Shown here: one piece after another, positions 25,329-39,330 of the stretch
Position numbering within the stretch: position 1 is the first letter of the stretch
Layout of the letters: each line of letters starts with the position of its first letter
From: Octopus bimaculoides
Lineage: Eukaryota
Assembly: GCF_001194135.2 (NCBI RefSeq)
Contig: NC_068982.1
Coordinates: 65,186,928-65,250,927 of the forward strand
DNA length: 64,000 nucleotides
Direction: 5' to 3'
Made by a program: the position numbers and the translations under genes
Notes under the pieces: generated by a model
What the model was told of the DNA's origin: nothing
Database searches by the model: none
What the model saw: the letters and a program-made list of their open reading frames with translations, nothing else

Positions 25329-27390
25329 TTAAAGATGATTAATTAGGTGGAGGTTCGAGGGAAATTTGACTGCTATTTCTACCAGGTTGAATGACTACAT
25401 AGAAGGCCCTACATTGGCTTGAGTAAAAATTTTGTTGACAATATCAATATTGTCTAACTCCCTTCTCTCAGTCAGTCTCCTACTGAGGATAGTATTGTGT
25501 TCTATCACTTTAGTATTGTATGCTTTTTATATCCCTTCTGTTGCTCATATTACATCATTTCATTATTTCTCTTTAAAAATACTACAATTGTTAGCATGCT
25601 GTAATAATTTTTTTTTAGAAATAAGGTAACCTGGAAATAGCAACTATAACAGTTGATGGAAATTCAAAAGAATCATTCATTGGCTTTGATATCAATCGAT
25701 GCTTGATCAATTTATTAATTTTTTTTTTTTTTAAGAAATGAAAGCATTGATTTTTTTTTTTTTTTTTTTTCAAACTATGAAAAGAGTTTATATGCAGACT
25801 GAATGAGAAGAGAAAACTTGGGAAGAGGTTGTTAAGTTAACTCTGTTGAGTTATCAATGATGATAACAACAGTAGTAACCACTACTGGCATCATAACTAT
25901 TTTCTGAATGATTCTACAACTATTTAAATTTACATGTTGTTGTTTAGTCTTAGGTAACCTTTATGTCATTGCTTGACCTACTAGAAACAACAACCAAATA
26001 TCCTGTAAATTACACCCTACCATTGTTAAAATGGAGGAACACATTGGATAATGTAGTTTTAGATACAGCATGGCCTGAAAAAATGGTGGAAAGGTATTTA
26101 ATCATTGGCTTACTTGGCCAGAATTGATCATCATCATTTTATCATCATCACTGTCATCATTACCACTACCATCACCATCATCATCATCATTTTAATGTCT
26201 AATTTTCCATGCTTGAGATAGATTGTCAATGGCTGGATTCCCTGTTCTATTGCCAAGCCCCACTTGTTTCCAAGTGAGGTAATAATTCACTTTGGCTGAA
26301 CATGTTTTCACAGAAGACTGAAAAGGAATGATACCATTTGCATGACTGACACTCATAGCTATCATGTGGTATCAAGACTAGAAGAGTCAAACACTCATAT
26401 ACACACACATTACACATACATACATTAATACATCTACACACACACACACACACAATGGTTTTCTTTCAGTTTCTGTCTATCAAATATTCTCACAAGGCTT
26501 TGGTTGACCTGATGCTTTAGCAGAAAACGCTTGCTCAAGTTACCATGTAGTGTGACTGAACCTGAAATCTTGTGGTTTGGGAAGCAAACTTCTTAGAGCA
26601 ACTGACTTATTTTTCCCTTAAGTATTCTGTTTTTTGTGAAAAGAAGTGGAGCTGGCTGTACAAATCAGGTGTGATTAATGATAAATATGTTAAAAGAATA
26701 TTAACCAGGTATGATTAAGGAGAGGTGTGTTAAAGGTGTATTAAATTTGTTTTTGTACATTAACTCATTTGTTTACTCCTAGTATTGGCAGTAAACAACA
26801 TCAGTTTTTATTTTTTCTATTTTATTATCAACCATATTCATTGCAATAGAATAGACAGACTGACAACTGTCATTTCCTGGATAAAGCCATTTCAGTTATG
26901 CCACTAAAAGCTTTGAGAAAGGTCTTTAGTGCTTGTCATAGACCCCTTCCCTCCCTTATTTACACCCCACCCTGTGTCAATCTCAGACTTCCTGCTCTAA
27001 TCTGACTGAAGCAGCAGGAACACCATTCCAGTGACAGTGGCTGAAGCAAATTACATCTAGAAACAAATAAACTACTGTAAAATAATCGAACAACAAAGGC
27101 ATTGTTATGTATGATGACAACTTATCATGACTTCTCTGTCTTTTCATACCATTAACTCTTTTGATTCCAATCCCTCTGAGACTGTCTGCAGGTCTATCAT
27201 TTAAAAATAATCTTGCATTTTACACTCTGTTCCTAATCACATTAAACCTTTCCATCATAATATTATACAATAATCTTTTATGTTCCTTCCTTCATAATAT
27301 TATATAAGAATCTTCTGTGATGTTTCTTCCATCTTAGTATTATATAATAATCTTTTATGTTATATTCCTTCATAATATTATATAAGAATC

Positions 27391-27605
27391 TAAGGTGGCA
27401 AGCTGATAGAATTGTTCGCATGCCAGGCAAGATACTTAGTGGCACTTCATGTTCAGAGTTCAAATTCTGCCAAGGTTGACTTTGCCTCTTTCATCCTTTC
27501 GGGACCAATAAAATAAGTAGCAGTTGAGCACTGGAATCAATTTAATTGACTTGGTCCCTCTCCCAAAACTGCTGGCATTATGCCAACATTTGAAACCAAT
27601 ATTAT
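27391..27605 (+). mobile_element. SINE family B (Meta-domain-like core)
   Basis: Head aaggtggcaagctgatagaattgtt, B-box gagttcaaattc, core ttgactttgcctctttcatcctttcggg...aaaataagtagcag, tail aacatttgaaaccaatatt. Confidence 0.8.
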
Positions 27606-29542
27606 ACAAGAATTCTTTTGTTATGTTCCAAACACCCGCTTAATAACATAAACATTAGTTATTTTACTGAATCTTTCAAAATTCATGATTATTTTCAAGA
27701 TTAAATAAATCACCTTAGGCCTTTTATGCAAAATTGGGCCTATATTACATGCTTTATTGCTCTAAAGACCTTTTTTTCCTGAATATATACTGCAGAAATT
27801 GGGTGCATCAAACATGCTCAATGTGTCTTTTATACTATCAAATATGGGAAGTAGTTTATTTCATTGGAAAAAAATTTAATAACCAAATTCCCAACTTCAC
27901 TTGCTTGCTCTATATGCTCTTTTTCTCTCTCTCTTTCTCCTTCTCTCTCTTTCTCTCTCTCTTTCTCTTTCTCCTTCTCTATCTTTCTCTCTCTCTCTCT
28001 CTCTTTCTCTCTCCTTCTCTATCTTTCTCTCTCTCTTTCTCTCTCCTTCTCTATCTTTCTCTCTCTCTCTCTCATATATTTATCTCTCTCTCATATTTAC
28101 AAATTGACATTCTGCTTGGAGGAGAGTATAGTCAATAAGATTAACCCTAGTAGTTAAATGATTTTTTTTCTCATTGATACCCCAGAATGATGAAAGACAA
28201 AAGAGATTTTGGTAAGGTTTGAAATCAGAATGTGAAGGCATGTAACTAAACACCAAGCATTTTTGTCTGGCACTCTACTGGTTTTACTATCTTAAACATA
28301 CACAATCACTCAACTATTAGAAATAATAGTGAAATTTTTCTTAAATCACACTCTTCAGTCTTTTAAACAGAATTCCTTAGATAATGTAATCTAAGATACA
28401 CTTTATCTGAAAAAAGAAAACACTGAACTGCCTCCCTTAGCACTTTTCCCCTTCATTTGAGGAGTCTTGTCCTGCAAGTTACTTGGTGACCCCAATGGTG
28501 TTGGCGCCATGCAAAAAATACCTTGTACACTGAAGTGGTTGGCATTGGGAAGGGAATCCAGCTGTAGAAGCCATACCAAAGACAGTAAAATTTGACACAA
28601 TTTTCTGGTTTGCCAGAGCATCCAACCCATGCCAGCAAGGAAAGTGGCCATTAAATGATGATGATAATGATGATGATGACTAGCCAAAGTTAAAAGTGTT
28701 TTTGAAAAGAAATCTACTAATCAACATCAACAACACATCAGTTTAATCAAACTATAATCGAACTAAGTTACATCTACATCAAAGTCAGCAGTTCCATTTA
28801 GCATATATTTCCATTGTCTTGGCAGAGATTTCTGGATAGCTGGTACTTGAATTTTTGAATTTCAAGATGTTTTATTTCTGATTCAATAGTTTCCAATAAA
28901 GAGACTTATGAAAGCAATAATGATTGAAATATTACTGCTAAGATTAATTTTTCATGCTAATTGCTATGATCTTTTTCTTCTTCATTATTATGAATTGTTC
29001 TTTTTTTTTTTCTGAGATGTTCATATTTTTTTTCATTCTTACCACCACCACCACCACTACTACTACAATTATGATATTCTACCAGTACCACCATTTACTT
29101 CCAATTCCATCCTTTACTCGACCTTCCCCGCCACTACAGAGACTACCACAATCATCACTATGGTGTTACTTCTACCTTTACCAGTGCTGCTGCACTGTCA
29201 CTACTAACTCTGCATCACCACCACCACCACCATCGCTACTACTACCACTACCACCACTTTTACTACACCATCACAACAGCCAACATCTTTACTATCCACC
29301 CTCACACTTCCATCACACCACAACCCTCATGTAACCATAAGGTTCCATGTTATGTTTCACCACCACCGCCACTACCACTGTCATCGTTATCATCACTATC
29401 ATTCCATGTCCACTTTCTATGCTGGCATGGGTTGGACTGGTTGTTATAGTCTGAGTCGGTTTGTATTTGCAGTGTACTACCCTACAAGATGGGTCATAGG
29501 ATCAGGTCTCACTTGTACTTTTCATTTTTGGGTTTGGCTTTT

Positions 29543-29582
<40 letters not shown>

Positions 29583-29746
29583 CTTATAATACTCAATCTC
29601 AAATATCTTTGTTTTTCTTGGATAGAAATATGTATATCTACATATATCCTATCTATAATCTATCCATATATCCTATCCAAGAAAAACAAAGATCAGTATG
29701 TATTTATGTCTGTGTGTGTGTGTGTGTGTCTGTATGTATGTATCTA

Positions 29747-29777
<31 letters not shown>

Positions 29778-30289
29778 ATGTATCTACATATAACATTATC
29801 TCTCACCTCTCCTCTCCCCATACTGATATTCCCATCAACCACACACCCTCTACCCCCCCCCCCATGTCTAACTATCGGTTATTCCTTCCTCACTGACTTA
29901 TGGAAATACCCACTCTCCCCTCTCCCGACACACTGTATCCTCTCTTATGCTCACCTTACTGCACCTTGAGAGAGTACTCTGGTTCTCTATCACTACCATC
30001 ATTGTCCCTTTCCCAACTACTCTCACCCTTATATAATGTGTGGTAACCATGTATCTCCTGTTATAGTAAGACACCAATGTTTCTCCCCCATCATACCTTA
30101 ACCTTTCAACATTTATCATAAAATTTCCCCACCCATCCATTTTAGTAGTGGGAGCTTGTGCCTTTTCCTTTTTCCCTGTTCTTTTGCTGTCTTGCAAGTT
30201 ACTTGGCAACGGCACTATTGCCGGTAGCATGAAAAAAAGCACTCAGTACACACTATAAAGTGGTTGGCATTAGGAGGGGCATCCAGCCA

Positions 30290-30629
30290 TTGTTGTTGGC
30301 ACTCCGTCGCTTACGATATCGAGGGTTCCAGTTGATCCGATCAATGGAACAACCTGCTTGTAAAATTAACGTGCAAGTGGCTGAGCACTCCACAGACACA
30401 TGTACCCTTAACGTAGTTCTCGGGGATATTCAGCGTGACACAGTGTGACAAGGCTGACCCTTTGAATTATAGGCACAACAGAAACAGGAAGTAAGAGTGA
30501 GAGAAAGTTGTGGTGAAAGAGTATAGCAGGGTTCGCCACCATCCCCTGCCGGAGCCTCGTGGAGCTTTAGGTGTTTTTGCTCAATAAACATTCTCAACGC
30601 CTGGTCTGGGAATCGAAACCACGATCCTA
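30290..30629 (-). mobile_element. SINE family A, young copy truncated by a gap, inserted into a family-E element
   Basis: Directly abuts the E motif taggaggggcatccagccat; highly similar to the other A copies. Confidence 0.92.
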
Positions 30630-31179
30630 NNNNNNNNNNNNNNNNNNNNNNNNNNNNNNNNNNNNNNNNNNNNNNNNNNNNNNNNNNNNNNNNNNNNNNN
30701 NNNNNNNNNNNNNNNNNNNNNNNNNNNNNNNNNNNNNNNNNNNNNNNNNNNNNNNNNNNNNNNNNNNNNNNNNNNNNNNNNNNNNNNNNNNNNNNNNNNN
30801 NNNNNNNNNNNNNNNNNNNNNNNNNNNNNNNNNNNNNNNNNNNNNNNNNNNNNNNNNNNNNNNNNNNNNNNNNNNNNNNNNNNNNNNNNNNNNNNNNNNN
30901 NNNNNNNNNNNNNNNNNNNNNNNNNNNNNNNNNNNNNNNNNNNNNNNNNNNNNNNNNNNNNNNNNNNNNNNNNNNNNNNNNNNNNNNNNNNNNNNNNNNN
31001 NNNNNNNNNNNNNNNNNNNNNNNNNNNNNNNNNNNNNNNNNNNNNNNNNNNNNNNNNNNNNNNNNNNNNNNNNNNNNNNNNNNNNNNNNNNNNNNNNNNN
31101 NNNNNNNNNNNNNNNNNNNNNNNNNNNNNNNNNNNNNNNNNNNNNNNNNNNNNNNNNNNNNNNNNNNNNNNNNNNNNNN

Positions 31180-31252
31180 GAGCAGTGGAGTCCTTGTAAT
31201 TGACTTAACCCTTTCCCCAAACTTGCTGGCCTTGTGCCAAAATTTGAAATCA

Positions 31253-31307
<55 letters not shown>

Positions 31308-31521
31308 GGCAGCAAGCTGGCAGAATCATTAGCATGCCAGACAAAATGCTTAGCAGTATTTCACCCGTTGCTACGTTCCAGGTTCTAATTCCACCGAGGT
31401 TGACTTTGCCTTTCATCCTTTCAGGGTCGATAATTTAAGTACCAGTGAAACACTGGGGTCGATGAAATCGACTAGTCCTCTTTCCCTAAATTTCAGGCCT
31501 TGTGCCTATAATAGAAAGGAA

Positions 31522-31535
<14 letters not shown>
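31180..31535 (+). mobile_element. Two head-to-tail family-B SINEs joined by (ATT)n
   Basis: B tail cttgtgccaaaatttgaaatc, then (att)n, then a full B copy at 31307-31520, then (att)n. Confidence 0.85.
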
Positions 31536-31556
<21 letters not shown>

Positions 31557-31599
31557 GNNNNNNNNNNTCAAATGACTGAAACAAGTAAAAGAGTAAAAG

Positions 31600-31630
<31 letters not shown>

Positions 31631-31923
31631 TTGTCTTCATTATCATCATTTTATCAACATTTCTGTTTTTTTTTTTTATTACCCTACTTCTATCTTATGT
31701 TAGAATGGATTGGACAATAGTGTCCTGCCACTCAGCTTCACTCTTCATCAGCTGATACACACAAATCTGCAGATGACACCCCACCAGTCTTTGTGTTTAT
31801 CACGTGTTTTTGACATTCTTTTCACAGCTGAATGCCATTTTTATTATCATTATTATTACTATCATCATCATCATCATCATTATCGCCGTCATCATTATTA
31901 TTGCCATCATTATTATCATTGTT

Positions 31924-32406
31924 GTGGAGGAGCAATGGCCCACTGGTTAGGGCAGCGGACTTGCGGTCATAGGATCGCGGTTTCGATACCTAGACCGGGT
32001 GTTGTGAGTGTTTCTTGAGCGAAAACACCTAAAAGCTCCACGAGGCTCCGGCAGGGGATGGTGGTGAACCCTGCTATACTCTTTCACCACGACTTTCTCT
32101 CACTCTTACTTCCTGTTTCTGTTGTGCCTGTAATTCAAAGGGTCAGCCTTGTCACATTGTGTCACGCTGAATATCCCCGAGAACTACGTTAAGGGNNNNN
32201 NNNNNTTACTTCCTGTTTCTGTTGTGCCTGTAATTCAAAGGGTCAGCCTTGTCACATTGTGTCACGCTGAATATCCCCGAGAACTACGTTAAGGGTACAT
32301 GTGTCTGTGGAGTGCTCAGCCACTTGCAAGTTAATTCCACGAGCTGGCTGTTCCGTTGATCGGATCAACTGGAACCCTCGACGTCGTAAGCAACGGAGTG
32401 CCAACA
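31924..32406 (+). mobile_element. SINE family A containing a 10-N gap with a 90-bp duplicated overlap
   Basis: Head gtggaggagcaatggcccactggttagg; 32106-32195 is repeated at 32206-32295. Confidence 0.92.
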
Positions 32407-33129
32407 CACATTATTATTGTTATCTTTATTATTATCATTATTATTATTATCATCATCATTATTATCATTATTATCATCATCATTATTGTTGTTATTATTT
32501 TTATTATTGTATAGTTTTGAAATTTGACATGGCAGACACGACATAAAAGGAAAAAAAAAAACAACCCTCATACCTGAATATTATTATTCATCCATATCCT
32601 CAGCTGATATTACATATCCTGTGATTTTGTTGGGATTGATGATGAAAGAGAAGAGAAGACACTACAAACTGAAGTAATAAATTCACCCCAAACTGTGTTC
32701 TTAAAAAAAAAAAAAAACCTGCCAACAAAAACACATACCCCCCCCCCCTNNNNNNNNNNNNNNNNNNNNNNNNNNNNNNNNNNNNNNNNNNNNNNNNNNN
32801 NNNNNNNNNNNNNNNNNNNNNNNNNNNNNNNNNNNNNNNNNNNNNNNNNNNNNNNNNNNNNNNNNNNNNNNNNNNNNNNNNNNNNNNNNNNNNNNNNNNN
32901 NNNNNNNNNNNNNNNNNNNNNNNNNNNNNNNNNNNNNNNNNNNNNNNNNNNNNNNNNNNNNNNNNNNNNNNNNNNNNNNNNNNNNNNNNNNNNNNNNNNN
33001 NNNNNNNNNNNNNNNNNNNNNNNNNNNNNNNNNNNNNNNNNNNNNNNNNNNNNNNNNNNNNNNNNNNNNNNNNNNNNNNNNNNNNNNNNNNNNNNNNNNN
33101 NNNNNNNNNNNNNNNNNNNNNNNNNNNNN

Positions 33130-33885
33130 CCTCCACCACTGATACCACTACCACCACCACCACCACCACCACCACCACCACCACAGTCATGGCCACTATT
33201 AGCTCTACTGCTACCACCACTGCTGTCTCGGCGCTCTCTCCACCACCACCACCAGTGGTGTGGTCATTACCAACTCCCATAACTATCACTACTGCCTCTA
33301 TTAACACCACCAACTATGATGAATGCCACTGTTACCCGTCGTTGCCAACACCACTAAAATCAGCACTGAAACTACCACTATGATTAACACCATCACCACC
33401 ACTACCATTGCCATCACTACCACATCATTACCACAACCACCATCACCACCACCAACATCCACCACCACTACCACCATTGTCACCACTATCATGATCACCA
33501 CTAATACTAACACCACAATCATCACCACTACCTCTAGGATCCCCACCATCACTGCCATGACCACTATCATCATCATCATCACCACCATCACTATAACCAT
33601 CATCACTGTCATCACCACTACCACCATTGTCACCAACCAACATCACTAGTCTTCACAACCACCACCATCAACATTGACCATCACTATTGGCAATATCAAT
33701 ATGAACACTAACACTACCACCTTCACAATCAACATTACTACTACCAACACAGCCACCATCACCATCATTACCTCTACTACTATCTCTGTTGTCAATACCA
33801 CTACAATCATCACCAACACCACCCCTACCATCACTATTATCAACACCCCTGTCATCATTTCCACCACCACCACCACCACCACACC
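33130..33885. repeat. Degenerate (CAC/CAT/TAC)n trinucleotide array (similar arrays at 29038-29410 and 39620-40200)
   Basis: Period-3 low complexity producing Thr/Ile-rich and Val/Met-rich pseudo-ORFs. Confidence 0.93.
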
Positions 33886-34693
33886 ACAATGTTGCTCTCT
33901 GCTCTTCTTCAACCTCAAAGGTTCCATTTACTAACATCACAGATCTTAATTAAGATTTAATTCTTCATTAACATCTGGAAAATATTTTTTTAAAAATCTC
34001 TCTCTATATTGCACACTTTCTCTCCCTCTCCTCTGTATCTATCTCTCCCTCTCTCTCTTTGCACACACACACATGCACATATGCATTCATATATATGTAT
34101 ACACACACACACACACACAAACACATACACATATGAAATACTGCATGATAAATATGGAACAGATTTAAACAAGACAAAAACATTACATAAAACAAACGCA
34201 TGTCTAAGTACAAGTCACTCTCTCTCTCTCTCTCTCTCCATCTCTCTTTTTCTCTAGTTCTAGCTCCACCCACCTGCTCTAAAAGAAACCCCATCAAATT
34301 AATGCTGTAACATGTAGCATGTTTTATTGTGTCACCGACCCAGTTGGAAACCACTTAGTGCCTTTCCCCTCATGTTTCCTTTAGCTAAATTATACTCTTC
34401 TCCCTGCTGCTTCTTCAATAAAACTCCGGAATATTAATAATAAAGCTACAAATAGGTTATAATACGTACAAATTTCTACTCAGCAGTTTCTGGGCAGTTT
34501 TTTGTTAATTACTTTTTTTTTTTTTAGTCACAATTTTAATTCAAAAATAATTTTGTTTTAGATTTGCTGTTTGTGTCGCTGTATAGCTATAGGTCAGCTT
34601 CAGTTAGAAAAAACCTGTAGCATACAGGTAGTTGGTCAAACAACTAGGTACCATATCTGATAGATCTGTTATACCATGCCTCTTGTTAACCTC

Positions 34694-35076
34694 GTGGAGG
34701 CGCAATGGCCCAGTGGTTAGGGCAGTGGACTCGCGGTCACAGGATCACGGTTTCGATTCCCAGACCGGGCGTTGTGAGTGTTTATTGAGCGAAAACACCT
34801 AAAGCTCCACGAGGCTCCGGCAGGGGATGGTGGCGAACCCTGCTGTACTCTTCCACCACAACTTTCTCTCACTCTTTCTTCCTGTTTCTGTTGTACCTGT
34901 ATTTCAAATGGCCAGCCTTGTCACACTGTGTCACGCTGAATATCCCCGAGAACTACGTTAAGGGTACATGTGTCTGTGGATTGCTCAGCCACTTGGACGT
35001 TAATTTCACGAGCAAGCTGTTCCGTTGATAGGATCAACTGGAACCCTCGACGTCGTAAGCAACGGAGTGCCAACAA
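34694..35076 (+). mobile_element. SINE family A (OR1-like), full length with 10-bp TSD
   Basis: TSD ttgttaacct at 34683-34692 and 35078-35087; A box tggcccagtgg, B box gtttcgattcc; caacaa tail. Confidence 0.95.
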
Positions 35077-35419
35077 GTTGTTAACCTAGTTGAGAACCAT
35101 ACTCTGCAACGTGCAGTGATGAATCACAGAGTTGTGGTTGTTATTCAGCCCCAAGCCAGCAGTGATCAACCTTATCTATGACGAAAGGTTTCCAGCTGTG
35201 ATCATCCTGTATTTTTTTTTTCTTTACTGTGATATATTTAGAACTACATTATCCTATCTCTTTCATTTTCTTTTCCTTTAATATAGTCAGGTGTGATGTG
35301 AGGGAGACTTAGGTGATATTTCTAGCAGATTGGGTGCACATATGGAGGCTTCCTCAGTCCAGTGGGGTGTCAGACTGCTTTTGGAAAGGTTGATAGTTTA
35401 TACTCCATCACTAGCATTG

Positions 35420-35579
35420 CACATGCTTTATCTTGTAGATTTGAGATTCTGATGGTGTGGTTGTTTATTTTGAGAATGGCACTGTTTGGTAGCATGAGAG
35501 GTTGGATGTAATCAGTTTGAACATAAAACAAGTAGAATATTTTGGCCAGATATGACCAGTTTAAATGCTAAATGGTTAA
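35420..35579. mobile_element. Partial copy (3' part) of the piggyBac-like MITE
   Basis: Matches 25170-25332, ending ccagtttaaatgctaaatggttaa. Confidence 0.7.
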
Positions 35580-35982
35580 GACTGTTAGTGCTGTCCTTTG
35601 TTTCCAGTCTTCCATGAAAACATGCCTGGTCACTGGGGAAATGTTACTTTTCTTCGAAATAGGTGAAAGTTGGCAATTGGAAGGGTATCTGGCCAAAGAA
35701 AATCCACCTCAATAAATTCTGTTTGACCCATATGAGGATGGTAAAATGAACATTAAAACTATAATAATGGTTTTGATGATGATGCTGGTGTATATAAGTT
35801 CCATATGCTGGTATATAAGATGACCTTTGAAGGTGTATAAGCACATTGCCAATACAAGGCCTGTGTTGTTCAACCTCAGGTCAAATCTCATCAAATAGAC
35901 CCATAATCAAAGGCATTCCTGCCATGACCATCTCATTTTTTTATGGTATTCCTATGACTATGCAATGCTTTTTCTTCTAGAC

Positions 35983-36384
35983 CAGTGGTTCTCAATTAGG
36001 GTCCATAAGGCCCTTGTGGGTATCCTTATAAGATTTTGTTGTTAAAAATATATGTGCTTTGGCGTTTGGAAGGGCATCCAGCTGTAGAAACTCTGCCAGA
36101 TCAGATTGGAGCCTGGTGCAGCCTTCTGGCTTGCCAGTCCTCAGTCAAATCGTCCAACCCATGCTAGCATGGAAAGCAGACGTTAAACGATGATGATGAT
36201 GAAACTGGTTATATTTCTACAATACACAAAATATTTAAACATTTTTTATGCAATTCCCTAATAATATTTAATCATAGAAATATAATAGGAGTTTTTAAAC
36301 ATCGAATGGCTATGGTGGTTCCTCTCCCCAGAGTAAAATGGGAATCAAAGCGGTCCATAGTCAAAAAATGGTTGAGAACCAGTG
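35983..36384. mobile_element. hAT (Charlie-type) MITE with an inserted family-E SINE fragment
   Basis: TIRs cagtggttctcaa / ttgagaaccagtg (1 mismatch); perfect 8-bp TSD ttctagac at 35975-35982 and 36385-36392, fitting the NTCTAGAN Charlie target. Confidence 0.92.
36059..36201 (+). mobile_element. SINE family E, 5'-truncated young copy
   Basis: ggaagggcatccagctgtagaaactctgccagatcagattggagcc...gttaaacgatgatgatgatg. Confidence 0.92.
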
Positions 36385-36965
36385 TTCTAGACTGTAGAGT
36401 GCAACTTGAAGGAGACTAAGCAGCTATTTCTAGCAGACCTCTCTCCCTACTAAAACAATGGTCAGGGTTATCTTATGTACTGGCTTTAAAGTCTAAATGG
36501 TTAAATTTGTTGATGGTAAACATCATCAACTGATAGTCTGGCTCTTACAGTAGAGTACTGTGTGGCTGAATGACTCACAGTATGTGAGTGTGACCTTATT
36601 GTATAGTTAAATATTCCGTGACAGATAAGGAGACATAATTCACAAATTTTAGTACAGAAAAAAAGAACCCGCTGTGATTGCTGTCTGCACTAAGAATTAA
36701 AGTAAACATAATCCGCAAAGAAGCTCAGAGTATGTTTGTGTACATGTGTGTGTGTTTTCATGTATGTGTTCCTGTGTGTATGTTCATGTATGTGTTCATA
36801 AGTTCTTAAGTGTGTATGTATTTGTGTGTTCATGTGTATGTAAAATTTGTTGTTTAACCCCAGTTCAATACTGATCAAGCTGGCTTATGATCAAATGCTT
36901 TCCATCCATGACCATCCAGCCTTTTCAAAAGCATACAGGACTAACATTAATGTAGTTCTGCATTC

Positions 36966-36999
<34 letters not shown>

Positions 37000-38055
37000 C
37001 GTTAATCGGAACGCGGACGTTAAACGATGATGATGATGATATCATAAAACAACAATATTATGTCACTTAAAATGCTGCCTTTTCTTCTTTTTCTTTTTAA
37101 GACTAATTAATATATGTGGGACTATTATGTTATGTATTGCCAAGGTCAACTTTGCTTTTCATCCTTTTGGGGTCGATAAAACAAGTACCAGTTGAACACT
37201 GAGGTCGATGTGATTGACTCATCCCCTCCCCCAAAATAGCTGCCCTTGTGGCAAAATTTGAAACCATTGTGTTATGTATTGCTTCCTTATCCTTATTTAA
37301 GATGGTAAGGTATCATTTGAGGGAAATTTGGCTGCTAGGTCAAGTGAATACTTAGAAGCCTCCCTTTTCGTTATTTTATGTAATGAATATATCACAAAAT
37401 AAACAATCTGAGAAAGCATTTTTTAGAATCATCTCCTGCACACCTGACAATCAAAAAGACAAACAATAGTCATATACTTGATGATCATTGATACCTCCCA
37501 CTTGGCAGTCATTGGAGAGTATGAATCATAGTCAAAAAGTCAGTCTTTGGCATTTTGATAATGTTTCATGTTTTGTAAACAGAGGTGAAGTAGCTAATTA
37601 GACTAGCAACTGAAAAATGATGACTTCAGATTTAACCGACATTTTATTATCTCCTTTGTGTCGAAACATTTTTTTCTATATTACCTCAGTTCATCTGTCC
37701 ATCAGAAATAGGTACCTCATCACTGAGTAGTCTTACCTAAAATTGACTGGCACACTATCCTATCAAGTGGAAGATGGCAAGTACCCAGTCACGAAACATC
37801 AACTGTTATAATCCTCATGTCTCTCTATCTCTCAGGGTTTATGAATCTTTTATCTTTTACTTGTTTCAATCATTAGATTGTGACCATGCTGGGGCCCCAC
37901 CTTGAAGAAATTTTAGTCAAATGTATCAACCCCAGTACTTATTTTTTTCAGGCCTGGTACTTATTTTATTGGTCGCTTTTTGCCAAATCACTAAGTTACG
38001 GGAACTTAAACACACAAGCACTGGTTGTCAAGCAGTAGTGGGAACAAACAAAAAG

Positions 38056-38086
<31 letters not shown>

Positions 38087-38414
38087 CAAAGGACTTCTTT
38101 CAATTTCCATCTACCAAATCTACTTGTAAGGAAGTCCAGTATTTATTCTATGAGTCTCTTTTGCTGAACAGGGATGTCAACAAACCAACACCAGTTGCCC
38201 AGTAAGTGGTGGTAGGACAAACACAGACACAAAGACATACACAAGTAGACACATATACAATTAACTCTCACTCAGTTTCTGTCTATCAAATAATTCAATC
38301 TTTAAGGCATTGGTTGTCCTGAGGCTATAGCAGAAGACAATTGCCCAAGGTGCTATGCCATGGGATTGAACCAGAAACCACATAGCTGTGAAGCAAACTT
38401 CTTAACCACACTGC

Positions 38415-38719
38415 CCCGATGAGGGTTCCAGTTGATCCGATCAACAGAACAGCTTGCTCATGAAATTAACATACAAGCTACTGAGCACTCTACAGACATG
38501 TGTACCCCTAATGTAGTTCTCAGGGAGATTCAGCATGACACAGGATGTGATCAGGCTGGCCCTTTGAAACACAGGTTCTATTCATTTTTGCCAGCTGAGT
38601 GGACTGGAGCAATGCAAAATAAAGTATCTTGCTGGAAGACACTACGCACTGCCAGGAATCACTCATGACCTTATGATTGTGAGCTGAATATCCCTAACCA
38701 CTAAGCTACATGCCTTCAC
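38415..38719 (-). mobile_element. SINE family C (tRNA head, ttgagcaag...gctccagtccactcagctgg core, family-A 3' half)
   Basis: 3' half colinear with family A; central core shared with families G and H. Confidence 0.82.
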
Positions 38720-38726
38720 TACACCT

Positions 38727-39330
38727 TGTGACAAAAAGTAAAAGCCACCCTACTTCGGTCACAAATGACCATAGAATTGCAATTAGAAAGTTCCCCTCTA
38801 AGGTAGAAGTCCAGGCAAATCTGTTTACGGAAGAGCAGCAGTCGCTCATGCATACCAGTTTCTCCTCTCCACACCGCTGATGTTGTCCAAGGGAAAGGCA
38901 AAGGCCGATATAGCTTGGCACCAGTGACATCATCATCATCATCGTTTAACGTCCGCTTTCCATGCTAGCATGGGTTGGACGATTTGACTGAGGACTGGTG
39001 AAACCAGATGGCTACACCAGGCTCCAATCTGATTTGGCAGAGTTTCTACAGCTGGATGCCCTTCCTAACGCCAACCACTCAGAGAGTGTAGTGGGTGCTT
39101 TTTACGTGCCACCGGCACGAAGGCCAGTCAGGCGGTACTGGCAACAGCCATGCTCAAAATGGTGTATTTTATGTGCCACCCGCACAAGAGCCAGTCCAGG
39201 GACATTGGCAACGATCTCGCTCGAAAATCCTTAGCTAAGTGAACTGGAGCAACGTGAATTAAAGTGTCTTAAGCAAGCTCACAACCCTATGGTTGTAAGT
39301 CCAATGCTCTAACCACTGAGCCATACACCT
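38727..39330 (-). mobile_element. SINE family H interrupted by a family-E insertion (38928-39232)
   Basis: H tail module (gggaaaggcaaaggccgata...gcttggcaccagtgac) stops at 38928 and resumes at agctaagtgaactggagc at about 39233; compare the intact H copy at 44803-45140. Confidence 0.8.

Noticed and set aside
33301-33940. Thr/Ile-rich mucin-like and Val/Met-rich ORFs
   Set aside because: These are translations of a degenerate CAC/CAT trinucleotide array that is open on both strands, with no splice or domain evidence.
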